NCBI RefSeq assembly: GCF_006345805.1
Contig: NW_021835404.1
Span: 1 to 40,364, forward strand
Length of the DNA: 40,364 nt
From: Octopus sinensis
Lineage: Eukaryota
Direction: 5' to 3'
Positions 10,700 through 21,451 of the stretch are shown here, piece after piece. The translations under genes and the position numbers were made by a program. Numbering within the stretch: position 1 is the stretch's first letter; each line of letters starts with the position of its first letter. The notes below the pieces were generated by a model that saw nothing but the letters and a program-made list of their open reading frames with translations, was not told the origin of the DNA and did no database searches.

Positions 10700-12499
10700 C
10701 TTGAATACACAAAAAGCTCAGCCAAGAATTAAGAATTAGTTAGAATGTTTTAGAAAAATGCAAGATGCTGTGCAATAACGCAGCCCTGTTGAAATGTTTG
10801 AGGAAATGCAAACACCAGAAATATATGACTACACAGCGAAAGAAAACGCTCGATATTCTGCGGCCCGGAAGGATTAAAACCGAAACCTTTTCTGTAGATG
10901 AATGGAAACAGTTCTTGGAGTTCTAATATATTCTAGTTATCTTAGGTTACCCCTCACAAGAAACCAGTGGTCAAGTGACGAAGATCTGGGTGTGCCATTA
11001 ATCAAAACTGCTATTACAAGAAATCCACTCCAGCATCTTTAAAGCACCATTCACTTCAGAATAACGAAAATTGGGAGGAGAATAAACATGATAAATGTTA
11101 TGCAGTTCGTTTTCTCTTTAATATGGTTCAGAATTCCTTCAAGAGATTCGAAATTTTTGAAAAGAGTCTGTCAGTCGATGTAATGATGGTCAACTACTAT
11201 GGGGGCATAATTCACTCAAACAATTTATAAAAGGGAAACCCATAAGATTTCGTTACAAATTTTGGGCATTGTGCGGTGTTTCACAATTTTTGTTACAACT
11301 TTGATCTGTATTGTGGCAAGAGAATTCAAAAAGGACCCGAAGACGATCTTCCACTTGGAAGGAGAGTTTCTTGGAGTGGTAGATGATCCTCGGTCACATT
11401 CCGTATATTTTGATAATATATTCACAAAGTATGATCTGTTAGTGCACCTCGGGCAAATGGGATTTGATGCAACCGCTACGAGAGATAATTGTCTCAAGAG
11501 ATGTCCTCTAAAGGAAAGAGCATTGATGAGAAAGGAGCCAAGATGTTGATATGATTATAGATTTGAAATCAATAATGAAATCTTTGTAGTTAGTTGGCTT
11601 GACACTAAATATTTGAGAATTGGGACTAATCCTGATTCAGTCGAACCCATTTGCAATGTACAACGCTAGAGTAAAGGAAGTAAAAGCAAGGGCAATGTGA
11701 CCCGACCCCATGTTTGCGGCTCATATAACAATTGCATGGGTGGAGTTGACAAGCCCGACTGGTTGGTGTCAAAATGTGCAACCTCAATTAGACGCATAAA
11801 GTGGTGCAGACCATTGTTGGCTAGAGTTATTGATAGGACTGTTGTCAATGCATGGACTATTTACAAACTGATCAACGAGGGAAAGGAGGAAACATAAATA
11901 TTTACTCGATTTCAGGAGATATCTATGCGTTTCATATCTAAAGCTCTCCACTGCTAAGCAATCTGAACAATAAACAAAGACGATCACACCATCCACACCA
12001 ATTGCTGACGTTCAATTTGATTTGAAAGGCCATATAATAGCTAAACGAGATCAGCAACGACGTTGTCAAAATAAGTCGTACAACAGGAAACCACTAAATT
12101 ATTGTGAAAAGAGCAACGTCACCCTGAGTCTAGACTGTTTTGGCCCATTTCCTTAAGGCATAGTCTTATAAATTGATTTCTTTCAATCTTTTATATTTTT
12201 GCAGTTTTTGTATTTCAGTCTATTATTTCGCTGTATTCTTTCAAAAACTTTAGCCATTTTACATATAAACTTTAATACCAATAGAATATATTAACATATA
12301 ACATATGAGGGATTTTGACTTTATGAATATATCACATTGAGCCAGGGTCCTCTTTATGGGAAACCCGTCTATTTCCATTTCTACTTGAAGTAAAGCAGTT
12401 TTTATAATTGATTTTCTTTCATTTTACCCTTTTTTTTCAATAATCTTTGAAAATTTAAAAGTAATATTCAAACATTTCATTACTCTGGAATTTAATGGG
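10700..12499 (+). mobile_element. Decayed piggyBac transposon with right terminus
   Basis: LSVDVMMV.Y, KQFIKGKPIRF.YKFWALC, VYFDNIFT, YNNCMGGVDKPD, VVNAWTIY and a decayed C-terminal Cys-rich region. It ends ...ATGGG followed by TTAA (12500-12503). Many stops and frameshifts. Confidence 0.9.
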
Positions 12500-12559
12500 T
12501 TAAATTATCAAAAACAGAAGAGAGAGAAATATATATATATGTAACATACATACATGTAC

Positions 12560-13312
12560 CGAGCAATTGTTAATAAAGAAAACTGAGGTGTCAGAGGTGC
12601 GAGAGCATAGGAGGAAGTGAGTTTCATTGTGGCTACATTACAAGAAAACCTTTCACTGTGTTCCCTACTCATTGATGCCAGAAACCCCTCAACTTGCTAA
12701 AGTTCCAGTGAGAATAGTCAAAACCATAGAAGAGCTGACTTCATCGTAGTCCACTATACTAAAATTAATCACAGAGAATTACTGTATGATCACTGATATC
12801 GCAAATGTATATTCTAAGGGAACAGCCACTCTATGATGATGTTTATACTTTGTGTAAACCCTTCTTCATTCATGTTAAGGAAGTCTGTAGGATATCTCCC
12901 TGGTTCACAAGGAAACAGAAATACCAAAATTACACAGTGTTTCTTTGTGACTGACTTAAAACTTTATGCAAAGAATATGCATGAGATGAAAAAGAGCCTT
13001 GAGCTAGTTACAACATCCTCAAAGGATGTAGGGTTGGAGTTTGGTCAGTATAAATGTTGTCATATGGTTGTGAAAAGGGGGAATACTTTAAACCAAACTA
13101 GTAGCATCTCCGTCAATAATTTAACTGTTTTCCCTGTATCTGGTATCTAGGGGTGGATGAAAATATATCTTACATTGGCAACTGTAACAAAACACCTTTC
13201 ACTAAACAATATAAACATCGATCATCAAAGCAGTTTATCATGGACCAATAGCTGGATTGCTACCTCCCACTTTGAAGGGTATGCATTTGCAATGCCGGAT
13301 CAGGAAATATCA
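12560..13312 (+). mobile_element. R4/Dong-clade LINE RT fragment (CATA-associated family), internally deleted
   Basis: EQLLIKK..LWLHYKKTFHCVP, FVTDLKLYAK..DVGLEFGQYKC and SHFEGYAFA. Bounded by CATA repeats on both sides. Confidence 0.85.
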
Positions 13313-13314
13313 AC

Positions 13315-13346
<32 letters not shown>

Positions 13347-13492
13347 CATACATACATACTTACATGCATGCATGCATGCATACACACATACGTACATACA
13401 TACATACATACATACATACATACATACATAATACATACATACATACATACATACATACATACATACATACATACATACATACATACATACAT
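13315..13492. repeat. (CATA)n microsatellite
   Basis: Directly visible. Confidence 0.95.
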
Positions 13493-13494
13493 AC

Positions 13495-14005
13495 GGACAG
13501 GCTGGCTCGAAGTGACACGTCGCGTATTTAGTATGGAAGACTATTTATGGAAGATACGATGAATACTATCTCCATCTTTGAAGCCCTGTTAAATAACTGG
13601 TTAATCTCCAGAAGAATTAACTGAAGGAGCCTTTTATTAAAGATTGTATTGATTTTCGACTGAAACTTGAATTTAGCATGCAGAGATTTACTAGAAAAAC
13701 AACATGGCTGGACTCAACATCAACAACAACACAACCAAGGAACAGAAGAAAAGCAACAGCTCAACAGATAAACGCAGGACACTCACTTTCGAACTAATGT
13801 CTCTGAAACCGGAGCAAAAAGTTGTCAGTGACAAATCCGGAAGTCAGAAGAGAATAACCAAGAGAAAAACAGTAAACAAAAGAGTTAAGCGAAACCAGGC
13901 AGCAGTATACAGTGACATGAGAAGAGGTGCAGTGAACATTACAGAAACTTCTTCACGAGAAGACAGAGACCTCTTCTGGAGGAAAATATGTTAAACCACA
14001 AAAAT
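13495..14005 (+). mobile_element. 5' UTR and N-terminal ORF remnant of an R4/Dong-clade LINE
   Basis: ORF 13704-13994 (..QKRITKRKTVNKRVKRNQAAVYSDMRRG..DLFWRKI) parallels KQNKLFTSNAKKFYREIG..NFWERIW of the element at 21560. Homologous to 17115-18010. Confidence 0.6.
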
Positions 14006-14487
14006 AATAATAATCGTCTTTCTGAGTCTGTCACTTTGAATGGTATACGTAGAACAAATACTGGAAAACAAAATGTTTGCCAATTTCTTAAAAATCTCAG
14101 TAATATTTCTCAAACATCGAAATGAATTTCCTCCGCGTTTTCCTGATTAAGGCAGAACCTAGACAATAGGTGTAGACAGGCTGTACTATCATAACTAAGC
14201 TTGAACATGAGTGTGTGATTTGCAATACTTGTAGAATATATAAATATAAAATTGTAAATGCATTTGTAAAGAACATAATGGAATCAGTCAGGGGAATAAC
14301 CCATTTAAATATACATATATATATATAAACTTTTCTGGGTGTGACTAAAGTTGTGAGATGACTGTATGTATAATTTTTTTTATTTTTTAAGTTTTAACTT
14401 TTATATTTTTAAATTAATTTTATGTATTGCCTTATGTTTTTCACTATTTGATTTGCCTAATAGTGGTTTTATCTCTAATTTAATATA

Positions 14488-14535
<48 letters not shown>

Positions 14536-14551
14536 CATACATACATATACA

Positions 14552-14985
14552 GGACAGTGATTAAATGCAGGAGAGTCACCTAAACGCACCATTGCACCCT
14601 AAAAAGTTGGTTGTCATTGTATGGTCGTCCGCGAAGGGAGTTATTCATTATTCATATTTGCAACAAGGGAAAACGGTAACAACAACATCGTATTGCTAGG
14701 AAATTGATTGTATGCGTGAGAATTTGAAAAAGAAGCAACCCAGACTAGTGAAGAGAGATGGCCCAATTTTGCTCCACGACATTGCACGTGCTCACTCTCC
14801 ACAAGCTACGGTCCAAATGTTGCAAATCCGGAATTATGAGATTTTGCAGCATTCTCTGATATCTCTCCAACTAATCATCACTTATTTAAGCATATTGCCT
14901 ATTTCATAAACAATAAAACATTCGTGAAGAGAGAAGAGGTGATTGAAGCATTCGGACAGTTTAACACAGCAAAAGATGAAACTCA
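14552..14985 (+). mobile_element. mariner (DD34D) transposase fragment
   Basis: LHPKKLVVIVWSSAKGVIHY, QPRLVKRDGPILLHDIARAH, YEILQH..SPTNHHLF. Confidence 0.9.
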
Positions 14986-15044
14986 TACTGCCGAAGAGAA
15001 GAAGAGGGCAGAGCAAGGAACAAGAAAACCCACAAAGAAACAAA

Positions 15045-15497
15045 TTCTGCGGTCAGGAAGGATATATTCGAAACCTTTTCTGTAGATGAATGGAAACAGT
15101 TCTTGGAGTTCTAATATATTCTAGTTATCTTAGGTTACCTCTCACAAGAAACCACTGGCCAACTGACGAAGATCTGGGTGTGCCATTAATCAAAACTGCT
15201 ATTACAAGAAATCCACTCCAGCATCTTTATAGCACCATTCACTTCAATATAACGAAAATTGGGAGGAGAATAAACATGATAAATGTTATGCAGTTCGTTC
15301 CCTCTTTAATATGGTTCAGAATTCCTTCAAGAGATCCGAAATTTTTGAAAAGAGTCTGTCAGTCGATGTAATGATGGTCAACTACTATGGGGGCATAATT
15401 CACTCAAACAATTTATAAAAGGGAAACCCATAAGATTTCGTTAAAGATTTTGGGCATTGTGCTGTGTTTCAGAATTTTGTTACCACATTGATCTGTA
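15045..15497 (+). mobile_element. Second piggyBac transposase fragment, duplicate of ~10856-11310
   Basis: Near-identical sequence sharing the same disrupted frames. Confidence 0.9.
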
Positions 15498-16812
15498 ACA
15501 TCGATCATCAAAGCATGAAAATATATCTACCATTGGCACCTGTAACGAAACACCTGTCACTAAAGAATATTACAGCCAAATAAAGAAACTTTGGACCTCA
15601 GAACTTTCTACATTCAATGAACCAGTGTCCCACAATGTGTTTGCAGTGCCAGTACTAGTCCCAACGTAGACCTCCCCTACCTAAAACGAAAACAAGGTGG
15701 CAGAGGCTTAACATCTATCCCAAATGCCTTTCAATGTCGCATCATATCCCTTCGGGAACATATTTTACACACCAATTGTCGACGAGCATCCCTTGACCAA
15801 GTTTGCATACATGAAGCTAATAACATCATAAGTCTTGGAAGGCAGCTCCTTGAGCAACACTCTGTCTGATAAACTAGAATACATGCTCAAATAAGCCGCA
15901 CGACTCTACTGCAACTTATCATCAGATGAAAGGATGAGCCTATGTAAGCAGACGACCATGCATGGATATGATAGTAGAAAGCTCCGTGATGATAGTAACA
16001 TCGATCATCAAAGCTGTTTATTATGGACCACCAGCGGGATTACTACCTCCCACTTTGAAGGGTATGCGTTTGCAATCCAGGAATAGGAAATATCAACCAA
16101 GTATCTGATGAACAAAAGGGATGGAGATGTAGGTAAAGCATTCAAATGTGACAACCGATGCAGAATTTGTGGAGTTCACACTGAAGATATCCCCCACACC
16201 TTAAGCAGTTGTCCGAAAATACCATCACCTTAAATGTCACATGACGTTGTAGCTAGGACACTCTATAAGGAAATCCGTGGTAAGCATAATCCCGAGAAGA
16301 ATGAAATAAGAATCCACAGTATGGTAGAAGTCATAGCCACACGTAACAAAAAAGAATACTGATGGAATGTCCCAGTGTAGACCACAAAAAACTGTAATCC
16401 CAACAGACCTGAGAGAATGATTTGAGATAGAGAAGAGAAACTGTGTACAGTTGTGGCAATTAGCTGCCCAGCAGATGTGAACATAAAGCTGAAGATCAAT
16501 GAAAAAGAGTGTATCTATGCTGAACTATTGAGAAATCAGCAGTTTCTCTATTCAGATTACAAGTTCAGGTTTATACCTGTAATTATTGGGACTCTGGGAC
16601 GTGTTACACAATGCCTAAATACCAATCTAGAGAAATTAGACTTCTCAAAACCAGAGAGGAGAAAGCTAATTTGAAGACTACAGATACGACCCATCACTAG
16701 AACTGTAAAAGTCTGAGAAACTTTCCAGAAGTTTATCATTAAATATATATGAGCATTTCTAGATATGTAACTATGTGCTTGAGAAAACGTACATAAAACA
16801 TACAAATCTGCA
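15498..16812 (+). mobile_element. R4/Dong-clade LINE 3' half (CCHC knuckle and RLE endonuclease), CATA-associated family
   Basis: YLKRKQGGRGL, CRICGVHTEDIPHTLSSC, HDVVA, NRPE..CTVVAISCPADVN..KECIYAEL and FIPVIIGTLG. It runs into (CATA)n. Confidence 0.9.
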
Positions 16813-17112
16813 TATACATACATACATACATACATACATACATACATACATACATACATACATACATACATACATACATACATGCATGCATGCATGCATG
16901 TATACATACATACATACATACATACATGAATGTATGCATGCATACATACATACATACGTACATACATACATACATACATACATGCATGCATGCATTCCTG
17001 CATACATACATACCTACATACATACATACATACATACATACATACATACATACATACATACATACATACATACATACATACATACATACATACATACATA
17101 CATACATACATA
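16812..17112. repeat. (CATA)n microsatellite with CATG variants
   Basis: Directly visible. Confidence 0.95.
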
Positions 17113-17114
17113 CT

Positions 17115-18010
17115 TACGAACTCCAAGCGACACGTCGCGTATTTGATGTGGCAGACTATTCATCGAAAATATGATGATTACTATCTCCAACTCTGAAGCT
17201 AAAACTACCAGCCTTATCAAATAACTGGTTAATCTTTAGAAGTATTAACTGAAGGAGCCTTTTATTAAAGATCGTATTGATTTTCGACTGAAACTTGAAT
17301 TTAGCATGCAGAGATTTACTACAAACAACATGGCTGGACACAACATCAACAACAACACAACCAAGGAACAGAACAAAAACAACAGCTCAACAGATAAACA
17401 GATTCTTTCTAGCTGTAGTTAGAGAAGAAACCGTAACCACAAAACTCATTTTTTTACTTGGATTTATGAATTGAGGACAGATTTATTAATTTTGTTGGAT
17501 GTTTGGTCAGATTGGAACCATACATGGACGATCTGCATCCACAACTAAATCATTTTACTGCGAAAGTAGCAATAGTAGTCAGGGCTATATGGCGGTGCCC
17601 CGACTAAAAATTTTTCAAGAAGAAATAACTTTGATTTCGAAGCACTCTCTCGAAGAGAGAGAATTCTATATCAAAGTAAACAAAAGACTGCCAGACACGG
17701 TATTAAACGTTCACCAAGAAGAAGAGAAGAAGGAGATAGAAGTGATGTTTTGAGATAGCAAAAAGAGGACATTCAATTACGAACTGACCACTCTCAAACA
17801 GGAGCTAAAAGATGTCAGTGAGAAACCTCGAAATCAGAAGAGAATAACCAAGAGAAAAACAGTAAACGAAAAAGAAAAAATTAACCAGAACCAGGCAGCA
17901 GTATACAGAGATATTGAGAGGAGGAGTAGTGAACATCACAGAAACTTCTTCACGAGAAGACATAGACTTCTTCTGGATGAAAAGGTGTTAAACCACAAAA
18001 ATAACAATAA
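17115..18010 (+). mobile_element. 5' part of an R4/Dong-clade LINE (longer copy of 13495-14005)
   Basis: Shared GACACGTCGCGTATTT start and ATGGCTGGAC..; ELTTLKQELKDVSEKPRNQKRITKRK..NQAAVYRD. Confidence 0.6.
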
Positions 18011-18014
18011 CAAA

Positions 18015-18620
18015 CAGAAAAGGAAAGGCAACAGCATTTATAGGGATTCCAACCCCAGAGAAAAAAAGAAAACCCGATTGATTCATGCTTTATCCTCAGA
18101 CTGACACCTCGTCTCACATTAAACTCATTCAAAGAAAACAAAATGCTAAAAACAACAGCCAAATATCTCTCAAATCATTCCTTCAATTCTTAGAAAGGAG
18201 ATACATTGGTGGACAATGCATGTGAATAGAGAGGGTGGTGGTCAAGGTTAGAATGTCTTGTATCATAGATCTACTCCCGCAACACTGACATGTTGCTAAA
18301 CCAAGAAAATAATAATTCTCTTACCTTTTGCGAGTCTCTCGATTTCAATGATATACGTACAACAAATACTGGGAAACAAAAAGTAAGCCAATTTCTTAAA
18401 AGCATCAATAATACTTCTCAACCAACAAAACAACCTTCCTCTGTGCTTTCCTGATCAAAACAGAACCCAAGTTGTGGTAGACAGACTGTATTATCAGAAC
18501 TATGCCTGAATAGGTGTAAACTATTTCCTGTGCATGTGAAATATATAAATATATGTGTAAAATTGTAAATCTATATCTGTAAAGAATACATTAACATCAT
18601 TCATGCGGATAACCCAGTTT
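18015..18620 (+). repeat. Non-coding repeat Y (copy)
   Basis: Matches 1910-2440 and, in part, 14005-14310. Confidence 0.85.
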
Positions 18621-18634
18621 TATACATGCATGCA

Positions 18635-18960
18635 CAGTAACCTGAGAAGCTTTAGTCACCCCTGCACATTTCAATAGGCTTATTACTTTTAGTAAATTGG
18701 ATTTTCCAAAATGTTATTTTTAACACTAGAAAACTCAAACAATCTTGTCTGTGTAATCATTTCTCTTGACAGTCATGTCCAAATTCATCTTCAGATGCCA
18801 AATAAAAATGACAAAGAAGAAGCATGAGAAACGAGCACAGATTGAAATTTGGTAAAAGAATGGAGAAATGTGTGAGTAAGACAGCAGCTGATTGGTCTGT
18901 AACTCCATCAACTGTTTCAAGAATTCAGAAAAGAATTGAAGAAGGTTCATAAAGAAGGCT
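18635..18960 (+). mobile_element. Tc1-family left end and transposase N-terminus remnant
   Basis: Begins CAGT..; reads MTKKKHEKRAQIEI..SVTPSTVSRIQKRIEEGS; overlaps in homology with bases 1-50. Confidence 0.6.
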
Positions 18961-19084
18961 TCACCTACAAGAAGTAGCCGAGAATGTTCCCTGACATCAA
19001 ACTCAGCCAACCTAAAGTTAATACATCAGAAATTATGATACTGTTAGTTTAGACAATCTAACTGAAATAGAAGGTTAAGAATAG

Positions 19085-19851
19085 ATTAGTTAGGTTTTTT
19101 TCGTAGAATGAGCTTTCACATTGTTTTTGACGATGAGTTAACTAAGGCTAACTTCTTAGATATTACTCTTAATTTACAAAATAACTCGTACTTCCCATAC
19201 ACCAAACCTTCCACAAATATCAATTATATTAGTCCTTCCAGTAATCTCGCTAGGGCAATTAATAAGAATTTAGTTAAAAACATTTCAGTTAGATTGTCTA
19301 AACTATTCGCCAATGTTGACATTTTTAACGACAAGGCAGAATTTTTATAACTCTGCTTTAGTTAAAGCAGGATATAAAGAAAAAGTTACATACATTGATT
19401 CTGCTCAATTTCGTCCTTCATCTACTGTTCAAGACAAGAAATCTAGTTGTAATAATAAGTGTGATTTTAATTCTAATATTGTAAACAACACAAAACAATA
19501 AAATTCCTGTACGGGGTAAGGGAGGCAAGCGTTATTTAAGGCCATTTTTCCACTCTAGAGGTATTTCACTGTTCTTTAAAGATAATACCGCTTACAATTT
19601 GAATGTTACTAGGAAAACTGTCTGGTTTGTTATTCCGTATGGAAAACAAATTAAATCTAATCTTCCTTTACAATTCCGTGATGTGGTTGCTAGGAACTTT
19701 CCAAAAAATTATTAATTCTCTTATAGTTAGAGTTGCCTTCTCCAACACAAAAAATCTTTCACAAATTATATCTTCTCATAATACCAGTCTGCTAAATAAA
19801 AGTCCATTTTCTGGGAGTTACAACATTAATTTTATAATTCCAGCCCCTCAA
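19085..19851 (+). mobile_element. Penelope-like element RT C-terminus and linker fragment
   Basis: NFLDITLNL..YFPYTKP..YISPSSN..ISVRLSKL, YNSALVKAGY, RKTVWFVIPY and AFSNTKNLSQIISSHN match Penelope-type RT thumb/linker motifs. No GIY-YIG domain is visible. Confidence 0.8.
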
Positions 19852-21093
19852 TAATATAATAATAATAATAATAATAATATAATAATATAATAATAATAAT
19901 AATAATAATAATATAATAATAATAATAATAATAAGCACCAGCCTTGACAGCGGCTGGACGTGTTCCTCACTTCTCTGACAGTTCGGTGGCCGAAAGCCAT
20001 AGAAACACTAATATGGGCCAGTTTAGCAACGGGGAAAAATAACTCTCAAAGACTGGAACATCTACAATACCTCGTGAGTATTTGAAATTCTCTTCAAAGT
20101 GGGTTAAGAAAATTTACAAATTTACGTATCTACAGCTTTCAAACATACATCCGATCGGCTTTAAAAACTTTAATACCCACAACTGCCTCTGTAAGCACCC
20201 TTTTTTTCTTTTCTTTTTTTTTTCTTCTCTCTAAAAACATCACGCTTTTCTTTTTTTTCTTTTTGTAGACTTGCAAAACCCTAAAACTTTCTATGAATAT
20301 CTGACTTTTCTTTGCTTCCTCCCTGAATATTCAAATATAAATGTAAACATATACTTTTTATTGCAAAAACACACCTGTTCTTCTAACTGGACATACAAAC
20401 ATCTCTAGAGGGGTCAACTTCAACCTCCACAATATTACCTTGCACGAAATATACAAACACTTTTTATTGCAATAACACAAACGCACATGGAAAAAATAAT
20501 GATGCTAAGATTCTCTCTGGTCGAACACAGCTTCTCTATTCACAAATAATACAGAACAGCCCTTCAAAATAAGTTAAGAAAATTTACAAATTTACATATC
20601 TACAGTTTTCAAACATACATTCGACCAGCTTTAAAAACTTTGATACCCACAATTGCCTCTGTAAACATCCTTTTTTTTTTCTTCTCTCTAAAAACATCAC
20701 GCTTTTCTTTTTGTGGACTTTCAAAACCGTAAAACTTTCTATGAAAATCTGACTTTTCTTTGCTTCCTCCCTGAATATTCAAATATAAACGTAAACATAT
20801 ACTTTTTATTGCAAAAACACACCTGTTCTTCTAACTGGACATACAAACATCTCTAGAAAAGTCAACTTCAACCTCCACAATATTACCTTACACGAAATAT
20901 ACAAACACTTTTTATTGCAATAACACAAACGCACATGGAAAAAAAAAATGATGATGCTAAGATTCTCTCTGGTCGAACACAACTTCTCTATTCACAAACA
21001 ATACAGAACAGCCCTTCCTTAATTTTTCTTAAGGCTAATAGTAGTAAACATCTGAACTTTTTTTGACCACACCCCAAAAAAAAAAAAAAAAAA
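19852..21093 (+). mobile_element. (TAA)n followed by repeat P (probable 3' part of the Penelope-like element) with a ~470-bp internal tandem duplication
   Basis: Units at ~20093-20561 and ~20562-21016; ends in an A-run at 21076-21093; inverted copy at 33884-34610. Confidence 0.7.
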
Positions 21094-21451
21094 GATAGTA
21101 ATAGTGCTGATATTCTATCTATCTATCTACACACACACACATACAAACCTCACCTCGGCTCTATTGTTAACCAAATATGAAAGTATTATTTGACAGGCAA
21201 GAACTCTGGCATTGAAGACAGTCAGCCAGCCAACCACCAAGCCAGCCAACGAGACAGACAGACACTACTGTGATGGTGATAATGATAAAAAAACAAAAAT
21301 AACAATAATAAGATACTGCTGTGACTACACATAAAACAATATCATTGATGATGATGGTGGTGATGGTGATGGTGATGATGATAATGATGATGGTAATGGT
21401 GGTGATAATGATGATAGTGATGGTAATGGCGAAGATAATAACAATAATAAG

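Noticed and set aside
11697-11897. Domesticated PGBD-type host gene
   Set aside because: Numerous stops and frameshifts, with a retained transposon terminus.
14297-14310. piggyBac left terminal repeat (TAACCCATTTAAAT)
   Set aside because: No TTAA, imperfect match to the right end, and it lies within repeat Y homology.
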